Position numbers and translations under genes: made by a program | Notes under the pieces: generated by a model | The model's database searches: none | Told to the model about the DNA's origin: nothing | Seen by the model: only the letters and a program-made list of their open reading frames with translations | NCBI RefSeq assembly: GCF_001194135.2 | Contig: NC_068981.1 | Location: forward strand, 99,833,963 to 99,877,049 | Origin: Octopus bimaculoides | Lineage: Eukaryota | DNA: 43,087 bases | Direction of reading: 5' to 3' | Shown here: positions 25,506 through 36,209 of the stretch, piece after piece | Layout of the letters: each line of letters starts with the position of its first letter | How positions within the stretch are numbered: the first letter of the stretch is position 1

Positions 25506-26743
25506 GGGCATATTATTCACTGCATCATAAGCTTATTTAATATGGCAAAGTGTTCTTTGAATTAGATTAAGCTGTTATTTCTAGTACATTAACCAATTAC
25601 CTAGAAACTCTCTCATTGGTTCACACTTAACTAATTCAGTGTTATGAGCCATCACAGAGAGTGTGTATACTGGTTGGCCTGTGCAACAAATTTAGAGCCA
25701 TCAGGATTTGAAACAATGTTGGCTACTTTACCAAGAGATCTTATGTCACAATTAGGGGATTCATTTGTGTCAGTATCATAAGAAATAAGGGAGACATGAA
25801 CTCCTCAAGCTACATTAAAAGCAATTTTTCTTAGAGGACAGTAACTCTGAATAAGAACTGATATGGTGTACAAAACTCTTTACATCTGTTGCAGACAATC
25901 TCTCTAGCACTGATGGTACAATAAAGTGTATCCTTTCCAAATTGTAGCATGATAGGTAATAGGAAGAGCATACAATTATAAAATTCACATGAAAGTGAAA
26001 GAACGAAGTTGTTGACTCTGCAAGCCACATTGCAGTTAATCTGTCCAGAAGCATAGTAACTTCAAATATAACTGATAGAAAGCTGAATGGACAGTTTTGT
26101 CTTTCCAAAGAGAACATTTCCAGTGTTGGTGGCACGATAAAATGTACCCAGTCTATGCTATGAAGTGGTTAGTGATGGAATGAGCCTTGAACCACAAAAA
26201 CAACATCAATGCTGGCCAATTAGTGTGTGGCAGATGAATAAAGTCAGCAATGAGAAGCACCTCAGGCAAATGCCATTTTCTATAACCTTGAGTCAACCCA
26301 TATCTTTTAAGTGAAATTAGGTAGATGAAAACTGTATGGAAGGCCATCAGGTGGATTGTATCTGTTATTTTAAAAGGTAAAAACCTTGTCTCACACAGTA
26401 TCGTACTGATTCTGTCTAAGAATTACATTAAGGTTACATCTTTCTTGGAATGCTCAGCTATTTACATGTTAATTTGGGTGCAGGTTCTTCAGTTGATCAA
26501 GCAACTGAATCTGTGTCAAACAATGGAGATCCAACACTGTGTATAATGTGTGTGTGTGAGTGAGAGAGTGAGTATGTGTGTGTGCGTGTTTACATGAAGT
26601 TAAATATATGTTCAGTCATAGCTTTATGAATGTGAAACCATTAGTCAGTCTATGACCGGACATATACTTAACTACAAATAAATACATTACTGCTCTAACT
26701 TTTAGAGTGTGCTTCTTTTTCAGATCTGTGATCCATTGAGTGA

Positions 26744-27006
26744 TTGATTGAAGAACACATGCATGCATGCTGTATATGCCATAAGGTCTGCAAATCTAAC
26801 AAAGGCTTCAAGAGACAATCTAAGATCCACAAAGATCAGAACTTAACTGCAGCTCTTGGTGGTCCAAATCAGACATGCAATCTATGTGAGTCTCTTTTCA
26901 AATCATTGTCTGGTTTGAATAGCCACATTAAATGCCATGATTGATCTAAGGTGTAAGTACAAGAGATGGCCATTCTCTGCATGAGGAGTCCAAAACAACC
27001 ACCACC
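26744..27006 (+). mobile_element. Probable LINE 3' end encoding two C2H2-type fingers, with (ACC)n tail
   Basis: CCICHKVCKSNKGFKRQSKIH and CNLCESLFKSLSGLNSHIKCH, then GAGGAGTCCAAAACAACCACCACC. Homologous to 38153-38386. Confidence 0.65.
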
Positions 27007-27149
27007 ATGCATGTATGTATGTATGCATGCATGCATGCGTGCATGTTGTACAAAGATGAATAAGTCCCACTGTACAATGACATTTGGTAGCCAATAACTG
27101 TGGATGAACTATGTATAGCATACAAGGTTTTATCTAAATTTTATTCAAC

Positions 27150-27227
<78 letters not shown>

Positions 27228-27229
<2 letters not shown>

Positions 27230-27841
27230 ACTTAATAACCTCACTGGAGGCAATGCAAGCGGAAACTAGAGGAACATAATTAATAACCACACTCAAAAAC
27301 CAAATATATACATATATTCTTCTACATTTATAAAACGGATATAAAAATTCCAAATATGTAAATATAAAAATACATATAAATAGATAAATATCAATGCGAT
27401 ACATAAAACAGTGAATTTTAAATTGAAAAGTTACAATACATTGGTGTAATAAAAATTTGGGATGATAAAACATTAAAAGGACGTACTAAAATACCACGAA
27501 CATAATACAAAATTTTTAAAATTCCATCTATGGCCGGTAGATGGAATTTTTAAATTTTTGTATTATTTTCATGGTATTTTAGTACGTCCTTTGAATGTTT
27601 TATCATCTTCAATTTTTATCACACCAATGTATTATAACTTTTAAATCTAAAATTCACTGTGTTTTATGTATCGCATCGATATTTATCTATTTATATGTAT
27701 TTTTATATTTATATATTTGGAATTTTTATATCCGTGTTATAAATGTAGAAGAATATATGTATATATTTGGTTTTGAGTGTGGTTATTAATTATGTTCCTC
27801 TAGTTTCCGCTTGCATTGCCTCCATTGAGATTATTAAGCGG
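27228..27841. repeat. Foldback palindrome (about 303-bp arms, 7-bp spacer), probably MITE-like
   Basis: Arms 27228-27530 and 27538-27841 are reverse complements at roughly 90% or higher identity by eye. Spacer is TGGCCGG. Mirror ORFs appear in the track. Confidence 0.95.
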
Positions 27842-27853
27842 AATATAGCTCAC

Positions 27854-28680
27854 TTGGAGCACTACAACTCCAGTCTGTATTTTATTTGCGAGTATTGTTA
27901 ACATTAGCAATCTCAAAATAAAGCAGTATATTTTATATATATATACGTATGTAAGGAACGACCGTGCGAACTCAAAAAGGAGAAATGGTGACGAATGGAA
28001 AAACAGAGGACTCCTTTTATTTAAACGCGTCACACGGTCGAACACAAAATATATATATCAAATGATGATATACAAATAATGTTATACTTCGATAACATTA
28101 GTGAATTCGTAAATACCAGTAATGAAGACTATAGAAGGCAACCGTATGAAATGAATAACAGAAATATTTATTGTGGCGTAAAAGATGTATGTCTATGTGA
28201 GAGTGTGAATGCGACATATCAGAACATAATCAAAGACNNNNNNNNNNNNNNNNNNNNNNNNNNNNGTGGCATCGATGCCGGGCCGTGATTCTTGTTATAC
28301 AGATGTTCGTCGTTCGTCGTTTGGCAGAGCTTATCACTAGTTGTGTTTTGGCTTCGATGCCAGGGCCTTGAGGACAGACGTTTATCGCAGGCTGAAATCT
28401 CTTGTCTGTTTATTATCGTGGTGAAGCTAAGTCACCTAACAGAATCGAAGAGAGAGATGTGTGCCGCGGTGGTTTAGTTTGGTGTACATAGAAAGTCGTG
28501 TTGACGCTGGTGGAGATTGATGCTGGTTAGTAGTAATCATAGAATCGTGTTGCTGATGTGGCGACGGCGGTGGTCATCGTTGGCTGGACGAAGCTGTTGA
28601 TGTGGTCGCTGGCTGATTGTTGCTGCTGCTGTTGTGTGGTACACAGCATAGTCTCTATAGAGAAACTGGACCGAGACAAA
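27854..28680 (-). other. Putative first exon / 5' leader of a minus-strand transcript
   Basis: CpG-rich stretch downstream of the promoter motifs, with a CAG/CAA tract and a candidate donor CAA|GTGAGC at 27854/27853. The boundary is uncertain because of the gap at 28238-28265. Confidence 0.45.
28527..28649 (-). CDS. Putative 40-aa uORF or micropeptide: MLCTTQQQQQQSASDHINSFVQPTMTTAVATSATRFYDYY
   Basis: First ATG downstream of the TATA motif, manually translated to TAA. No homology recognised. Confidence 0.3.
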   Translation of the reverse strand: MLCTTQQQQQQSASDHINSFVQPTMTTAVATSATRFYDYY

Positions 28681-28700
28681 TTTGGCCGCCAAGTTAAAGC

Positions 28701-28845
28701 TATTTATAACAAACTATCGGCTCCCGATGGCTTCAGACAAATACTCTATCACGTGACCTTATTAAGGGCCGTGATTGGTCAGTTTGCGTTCTGGCGGGAA
28801 CGGTTCGAAGAAGTTGCCACTTCGAATATTAATCAGTCACGTGAT
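28701..28845 (-). promoter_or_regulatory. Pol II promoter module: TATA, E-box, CCAAT, E-box
   Basis: TATAAATA on the minus strand (28701-28708), ATCACGTGAC (28748-28757), CCAAT on the minus strand (28774-28778), GTCACGTGAT (28836-28845). Lies in the only strongly CpG-rich unique sequence of the window. Confidence 0.7.
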
Positions 28846-28974
28846 GACAAGGAGATGGGTTCTCTGCTACGCTCGCGTGTGTTTATATTTAAATGAGAAG
28901 AATGGCGATAGCAGTTTTGTATCTAATGGCGATAGGTAGTTTTGTATGTAATGGCGATCGAAGTGTTAGTTTCA

Positions 28975-30590
28975 CTACACGTATATAAAACAAGGTTTGT
29001 GTGTGTGTGTGTCTGTGTGTGGTACATATGTTCCTTATGGATTCAGAAACTGAATTGCTGATTCTGATGTATGAGATATTATAAGATTCAGTAATCTTTT
29101 GGCTACCAAATGAGGTATGTTTTTTGCATGAGAACTCTTTTTTACTACAAAAATAACCTCAAAAACAAGGTCAGGTCACACAATTTTGAGATCATTTTTG
29201 GGCAATATTTGCATTTGCTTCCAATCTACATTGCCAATTTTAATGTTTTTGGTGTCAAAAAATGCAGCAATGTACAAGGAGTGTTATGAGTACTTTTGTG
29301 ATACACAAAACCCAATTTATCAATGGAAAATGACCAAAAAACATGCTTTGGGAATACTTATTGGCACATTTTCCACCAATAATGGCCTTTGTGCCACAAC
29401 TAAACTGCCAATGTGAACGTCTTCAGTATTTCTTGATTAAACAATGTCTTTGAAGTATTGTAATAACATTTCTTTGCACAAAGCCCTATTTTTCAAGAGA
29501 AACTGACTAATGAACTGTGTTCTGGCATAATTGTGATCACTTCTGGCATTACTACTGAAAGCAATTCGTCTATGTAGATTTTCTTGCTAGAAAATGACTC
29601 AGTAATGCCAAAGGAGTATTCTTGGATTTAAATTTAATAAAATTTTCCTAAGGATTAAGCACAGTAAGAATTTATATTCGTTCAAGCATTTGCCTTTAAC
29701 ATTTTTCTCTTTATTCAACCCAATTTATGCAAAGTTGCTTATTGTTACTAGTGTATATTCATACCTATTTTCTACATATATATAAGACAGAGTTTGTGAG
29801 TGTATGTTCCTTGTGGATTCAAAAACTGAGTTACCGATTTTGACATAAGAGGTATCAAAAGATACAGTAATCTTTTGGCTACTAAATGAAATATGTTCTT
29901 GGCACAACAACTCTTTTTTACTACAAAAAACCTCGAAAATGAGGTTGGGTCGCACAATTTTGAGGTCATTTTTGGGCAATATTTTGATTTGCTTCCAATC
30001 TACATTGCCAATTTTAATGTTTTTAGTGTCAAAAAATGCTGCAATGTACAAGGAGTGTTTATGAGTGCATTTGTGATGCACAAAACCCTATTTGTCAATG
30101 GAAAATGACAAAAAGACATGCTTTTTGGAACAATTATTGGCACATTTTCCGTCAATAATGGCCTTTGTGCCACAACTAAACTGCCAATGTGAATGTCTTC
30201 AGTATTTCTTGATTAAACAATGTCTTTGAAGTATTGTAATACCATTTCTTTGCACAAAGCCCTATTTTTCAACAGAAATTGATTAATGAACTGTGTTCTG
30301 GCATAATTGTGATTGCTTCTGGCACTACTACTGAAAACAATTTGTCTATGTAGATTTTCTTGGTAGCAAATGACTCAGGAATGCCAAAGGAGCCTTCTCG
30401 GGTTTAAATTCAATAAATTTTCTTAAGGATTAAGCACAGTAAGAGCCTATAATTCATTCAAGTGTGGTAAAGACATGAATCAATGACTCAAACCGTTCGA
30501 GCTTTTTTGCCTTTAACATTTTTCTCTTTATTCAATCCAATTTATGCAAAATTACGTATCGTTATTAGCATATATTCATGCCTATTATTC
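28975..30590 (+). mobile_element. Tandem pair of ~800-bp non-autonomous Helitron-like units
   Basis: Units 28975-29771 and 29772-~30590 are clearly homologous. Unit 2 starts TCTACATATATATAA. Unit 1 has CTAG|T at 29748-29752. Confidence 0.65.
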
Positions 30591-30970
30591 ATTCCATAAG
30601 CCTCAAAGTTTGAAACGATTTTGCTACAATCTCCCTATTTTTCACAGTGGTTGAGCATCTACTATAATGCGAGTAGTGCGATGGAAAACAAATGTCTGAT
30701 CTGATAACCTCAGTGAAGACAACAACATTGCACATCTATGTGAGGGCAAATTATGGTCACATACACATTAGTCTGTCCATGGTGCATGTCCCTTCATTGG
30801 TCAGGACACACACCGTGTACACTGATTGGTACAATTTCAAATCAATTTTTTCTTATCAGAAACATGTACTGCAATACCAGTTGGTCATGGTGTAATTGTT
30901 ATCAATGACCCAGGCAACACCGGAGTGCATTGTGTGTGGTATGTACATTCCACTTGAACTTGAGAACTGA

Positions 30971-31011
<41 letters not shown>

Positions 31012-31127
31012 TAGATAGACAGATGTGCAATGTTGTTATTGTCTTCACTGAGGATAACAACAGGTAATCGAAACTGTGCCAGTGCTTTACTCATCATCTA
31101 TTTATACATTTTGTACAATTTCTCTCC

Positions 31128-31171
<44 letters not shown>

Positions 31172-31172
<1 letters not shown>

Positions 31173-31234
31173 CCCTTTACTAGTTCCAGTCATTGGACTG
31201 TGGTCATGCTAGAGCACCACCTTGAAAGGATTGA
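31172..31234 (-). mobile_element. Family C SINE tail joined to the 5S remnant
   Basis: Reverse complement AAGGTGGTGCTCTAGCATGACCACAGTCCAATGACTGGAACTAGTAAAGGGA matches the tail of 11803-12025. Confidence 0.8.
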
Positions 31235-31237
31235 ATG

Positions 31238-31350
31238 ATGTCTACAGCATGTAGGTTTCCCAAGCTGTCACTCATCTAAGTCCTAACTAGGCTCAATGTT
31301 TCTTAACTTCAGTGATCGAATAAGAACCATTGTTTTCAATGTGATATGGG
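31238..31350 (-). pseudogene. 5S rRNA pseudogene (about 8 nt missing at the 5' end, CpG-decayed)
   Basis: Reverse complement CCATATCACATTGAAAACAATGGTTCTTATTCGATCACTGAAGTTAAGAAACATTGAGCCTAGTTAGGACTTAGATGAGTGACAGCTTGGGAAACCTACATGCTGTAGACA is colinear with metazoan 5S as I recall it. Many differences are CG>TG/CA. Confidence 0.9.
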
Positions 31351-31351
31351 C

Positions 31352-31386
<35 letters not shown>

Positions 31387-31420
31387 ATACAATGTGGCTG
31401 TAGGTCATAATACCTGGCAA

Positions 31421-31453
<33 letters not shown>

Positions 31454-31479
31454 TTTTCCCCATTAATTTATTGTTTAAT

Positions 31480-32270
31480 TAACATTAATATTAAGACTGC
31501 TTCTTGCTTATTTTTATTCCATTGAATAGTCATTAATAAGCACCAGTTTAATGCCTGTTTATTCCTTTTATGTTAATTTCATTTAGCATTGTGAGTTTTA
31601 GGATCCAATTATTTGTTTTTACTGTTTCTGGCTGGTTATATATAATTACTTTTTATGTAGTTGTTGGTTTGGGAGGACATTATTATCAGATGTATTATGA
31701 GTATTCAGCTTTATCAAATCTGCATGTCTGTTTTTGTCATTATGTTTAGTAATTCCCAAACAGCATTTAAATATAATTTTTTATGTGGTTTTATATTGTT
31801 ATATTAAATGGTACTGCTTGGTATCAAAACCATAATGATTTCCAACAAAACAGCTGATTATGGGATGTCTATGTTTAGTAAAATAATTTTTGATGCTATC
31901 CTGGTGTTTATGTAGTTGCTTTTATGTTCCTTTTTAGTTTGTTCAATTGTATATTTACATGGTTCTTCAACATATTCTAGTTCTAGACTCGTATCAGATA
32001 ATGATACGGGTCTGGAACTAATTTGAATTAATCTAAGTCTAATTTAAATTGTTTCTCTAGTCTTTTAATTAATCGTATGGTTACGGATTATAATGTTATA
32101 CAACTAATTGGATCAAGGTCTTAGTTTCCTATTAGTGTTGGATTATGAGAAGTTAGTGGTTACAGGATTAAGTAGGTGTTAGCTTGTAATTAAGTTTTGG
32201 TGGATATATAATATATTAATCTCATTTACTGAACACAGGAGTTATATATAAACAACTGTAAGTCAGTGGT
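31480..32270 (-). mobile_element. Decayed Penelope-like element fragment
   Basis: Strong A/C strand skew and stop-riddled frames such as KHNDKNRHADLIKLN and YIYNQPETVKTNNWI, resembling Penelope-type repeats recalled from cephalopods. Confidence 0.4.
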
Positions 32271-34199
32271 TATAAGTTCTGTGTTCAGATAGTGTAGTAA
32301 TGGACAGATAGTGTAGTAATATATTGTGTATGTTGCATGATCCAGCAATCATTTAGGCTCAATAGTTGAGTCTGAATGACATGCAAGCCTGCCCAATTAC
32401 TGTACTTTCTGAGCATGAAGCTTGAAGCAGCTCATGTATAACTCCTGTATTCTTTAAATGATATTTATGGCTCACTGGATTTTCTTTGCTGATCCTTTCA
32501 ACAAGCAAACAAATTATATATCTGTGTGTGTGTGTGTATGTATATATATATATTGGGGGGGGGGGNNNNNNNNNNNNNNNNNNNNNNNNNNNNNNNNAGA
32601 GAGAGAGAGAGAGAGAGAGATAAAAAGAGTAGTGAGCAACAAGTCACATCATGCATTTTTATACATTTTAATTTTAATGTTTTTTTGTTTTGTTTTCATA
32701 AACAAATGCTTTATTCATCAGACTAATAAAGAATGCATAAAAATTGTTGAATTTTATCATCTGAGTGGAAAATTAATAATTCATTTATTCTTTTTTTTTT
32801 TTTTTTTTTTGTAGGGAAGGACAGGAAAGCAGCTGACTGTATATAAATTCATTTATGTATAGATATACATGTATATGTATGTGTATTTATGAACACTCAG
32901 ATAAAAGAACCAAATGTGAATTATTAATTTTCCACCCAAATGATAAAATAGTGTTCTCATTCCAACCTCCAATTAAATCTCTTCTTACTACATTCTAAGG
33001 AATATTATATTAAAAGAACACCTCTCCATCACCACCACCATTCTATCTCTGTTGTGAACCATCTAGTTATTGTGTGTGAATATGTGACAGCATCTCATAT
33101 GACATTATTGTCATTATAAATTGTATGGTTGTTATTCAATTTTTAGAAAGGTTATTCATCAGTCTCAACAATATGCACCCCTCTCTCTCTCTCTCTCACA
33201 TCCTCTCTTTTTATCTCTCCCCGCTCTCTCTCTCTAATGTCTAATACTGTATTTTCCAGTCTACAAATTGAATTTTTCACACCAAAATTTAAACTAATAT
33301 AGGTAGGTTGATTTATAATACACTAACATGACTTTAAAGGACCAAGAATTCCATGTGAAATGCAGCAGATTTGGGAAGATTGTAAAGATGTTTGAATGTT
33401 TACACTGTCCAGCACGTTGAGCAAGTGTTTTCTACTATAGCCCTGGGCATGTCTAAAGCCTTTTGAGAGAATTTGGTAGGCAGAAGCTGAAAAAAAAGGT
33501 CTTAAGTGTGTGTTTGTGTGTGTGTGTGTACTTCTGGCTTATCGTAATATTGTAAGCAAATATTACTCACTCGGAAACAGATAAGGGTTAGTGAGAGGAA
33601 GAAATATCTGGCCATAGAAAATCTGCATAAATGAACCCTGTCTGATCCATACAAGCATGGAAAAGTAGATGTTAAAACAATGAAGATGATAATGTCACAG
33701 TTTGGAGTTCATATCTAATTATTTTTAGTTATTTCTGCAATCAAAATATAGTTCTGCCTTAAGGTTGGGCTGCACATTTCAGCCACACAGGCTCTCCAAA
33801 ATTCTACACATACTAGGACTGCTATTTATTTATCAAACAATATTAAATACTGCAATCTTACTTGAAATATAACATAAACTCCAATATCCATGACCTTGCC
33901 AAGAGGGGACCCTAGCAACAGTAATTTCAAACTGAGCCAAAAACTTGTCTTTTTTTTTTAAAGGTAAGGACTTCTACTGTATAAGAAACAATACACCCAA
34001 AACAAGAGATGTAATTAATTGGTACAGCTCATAATAAGCCACCAAAATCTTTTGGATCAAGAGAGAATACACTAAAGTGGCTTATTGCCACTTTATTCAA
34101 GCTCTTAAAAGGATTTGAGCTTGTTATTTATGTCATGCTCCTAATACTTATAGCAATAAATACTACTTCTCCAAGATAAGTAAGTATTGTCTCAAGTCC

Positions 34200-34428
34200 T
34201 AGGACACAGCGCTGGTTACTTGGTTTCATGGCATATGAGTGGCTGAGATCATAATATTACCCCAGTTTATTACAGAGTTACTCACTAACAGGCAAGTGGA
34301 CTGGAGCAATATGAAATGAAGTGTCAGTTTGCTCAAGAACACAATGCATTGCCCAGTCTGAGAACTGAAAGCATGACCTTGCAATTGTGAGTGTAACAGC
34401 CTAACCATTAGGCCATGTGCCTTCACTT
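34200..34428 (-). mobile_element. Family G SINE copy
   Basis: GTGGACTGGAGCAATATGAAATGAAGTG...GCTCAAGAACACAATGC...CTAACCATTAGGCCATGTGCCTTCAC matches 12230-12362. Confidence 0.75.
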
Positions 34429-35234
34429 CTGCATGATATCTGTTGAAATAAACTTAAAGAATTAAGTATTTTTATCATTGATACAGAGCAGTGACAAGAT
34501 AAGACAAGAATCTCCATCCATTATACATTTTCAGTGAGTTCCATAATAATCTAAAAAGATTTTATATGTGAGTAGTTCCTGGCCCTTTTGATGTTTCTTC
34601 CAAGTAATATTTTTTCTTTCATTTTACTTACTTTTGTTGTTATATACTTTGATTGTAGTTTTTCTCTCTGACCTACATAAAAACGTTGTTGATTTCCAAT
34701 ATCTATTCTCTTTTTATCTCAGAAGAGCTAAGACATCTATGTTTTGAAACAGTTACATGAGTTATAAGACATTACTTCTTAAAATTAACAAGCACACACA
34801 CATACACATTACATATATAGTGACTTCATTCTATCTATGTTCTATCAAAGCCTTGGTGACCACATTTTCCCCACAGTGATAAAATGGAAGTGGCTGTTTG
34901 GGAAAAAAGAGCTACATGAGTTGGCATCCATGTCTTTCTCACAGCACAGTCCACCTAGTTGAGAGAGAGAGTGAGAGAGAGAGAGAGAGTGAGAGAGAGA
35001 GAAAGAAAGAGAGAGAGAGAGAAAAAAACAAGAAAGAATTGACCTATTATTGCCAATAGCTGACTGGCACTTTATCTTAATGATCCTGGAACAAATATTT
35101 CAAGGCTTTTATACAATGCTCTAATGATTCTGTCTTCATAAGTGTAATTTGATTGACAGAAAGAAACTGTGTCATGCCCATCACATATATGAATATGTAT
35201 ATGTGTGATTCTCACTGATTCTTCACATTCTTTT

Positions 35235-35435
35235 CTACTCTAGGCACAAGGCCAGAACATTTTGGGGATGGGGCCAGTCGATTAGTAGGCAACTGGTACT
35301 TGATTTATCAACCCCAAAAGGATGAAAGGAAAAGTCAACCTCGGTGGAATTTGAACTCAGAATGTAAAGACAGACGAAATACCACTAAGCATTTTGCCCG
35401 GCGTGCTGATGTTTCTGCCAGCTCACTGCCTTGGG
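35235..35435 (-). mobile_element. Family D SINE copy (well preserved)
   Basis: AACTGGTACTTGATTTATCAACCCCAAAAGGATGAAAGG...GGAATTTGAACTCAGAATG...CTGCCAGCTCACTGCC. Confidence 0.85.
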
Positions 35436-35804
35436 TAGCAGTAACATTTGCTTATGTGTCAAATAAACACTATATCTAGTTGTTTGGCAGTTCAACAGGT
35501 GAAGATCTTCAGAGGAATAAAATACCTGACTTGAAAACAAATAAGGATTGCCATTAGGAAGGGCATCTGGCTGTAGAATAATGCCTTAAAATGTCTCATC
35601 GTATCCATACCAGCATGGAAATAGCGGATGGAAAAAAAAAAACATGACAATTAAAGTTTGCCTTTTTGGTTTCATGTTGCATCTAACCACCTTCGTTAGT
35701 TTATAACTTTCACATTATCATTTCGCTGAATCAGCCATTGATTCATATGGTAAATACTATATACTTACAGCTGGGATTTAGCCTAACCATCAGCGATGGA
35801 GTAA

Positions 35805-35844
35805 TCACTACAGATGAGCAAGGTGAAACTAGCTAGTATAGTGA
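35805..35844 (+). ncRNA. Minimal type I hammerhead ribozyme motif (degenerate)
   Basis: TCACTA-CAGATGA-GC-AAG-GT-GAAA-CTAGCTAG-TA-TAGTGA: 6-bp stem I, 2-bp stem II, palindromic stem III, GUA cleavage triplet. The core carries a U4>A change. Confidence 0.7.
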
Positions 35845-36024
35845 CCTCACTTGCAGTGGGGCAGTGATCTCACTTCTCAGTGCATACACAGTGTACTTTT
35901 TTTGTGGCTATAAGGGTTTTTGACTCTTGTTTCTAGCAATGTAGGTGCTACCCTGCACCCTCAGTCACTACTAGTGACAAGTGAAATTTTGTTTTGGTTT
36001 TATATTGCATCTAACCTCCTTCAT

Positions 36025-36055
<31 letters not shown>

Positions 36056-36209
36056 ACAGATGACAAAGGAATAAATGATTATCTAATGAATTTCATTAGC
36101 TTACAGCTGTTTCTGTTGTGAGATGCAGTGAACTCATACTATAGTGCCTGAATAACACTTTATAGCTTCATTGGAGCCTTTATTATGAAGTGCAATTTAT
36201 ATATATATA

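Noticed and set aside
28265-28300. Antizyme-like +1 frameshift site
   Set aside because: The required UCC-UGA context is absent.
28558-28896. Plus-strand 112-aa ORF with poly-Cys
   Set aside because: It is the antisense reading of the CAG/CAA tract and runs through the promoter motifs.
35761-35920. U1-like start ATACTTAC plus a downstream Sm-like T-tract
   Set aside because: The intervening sequence does not match the U1 stem-loops. The hammerhead-bearing repeat explains it better.
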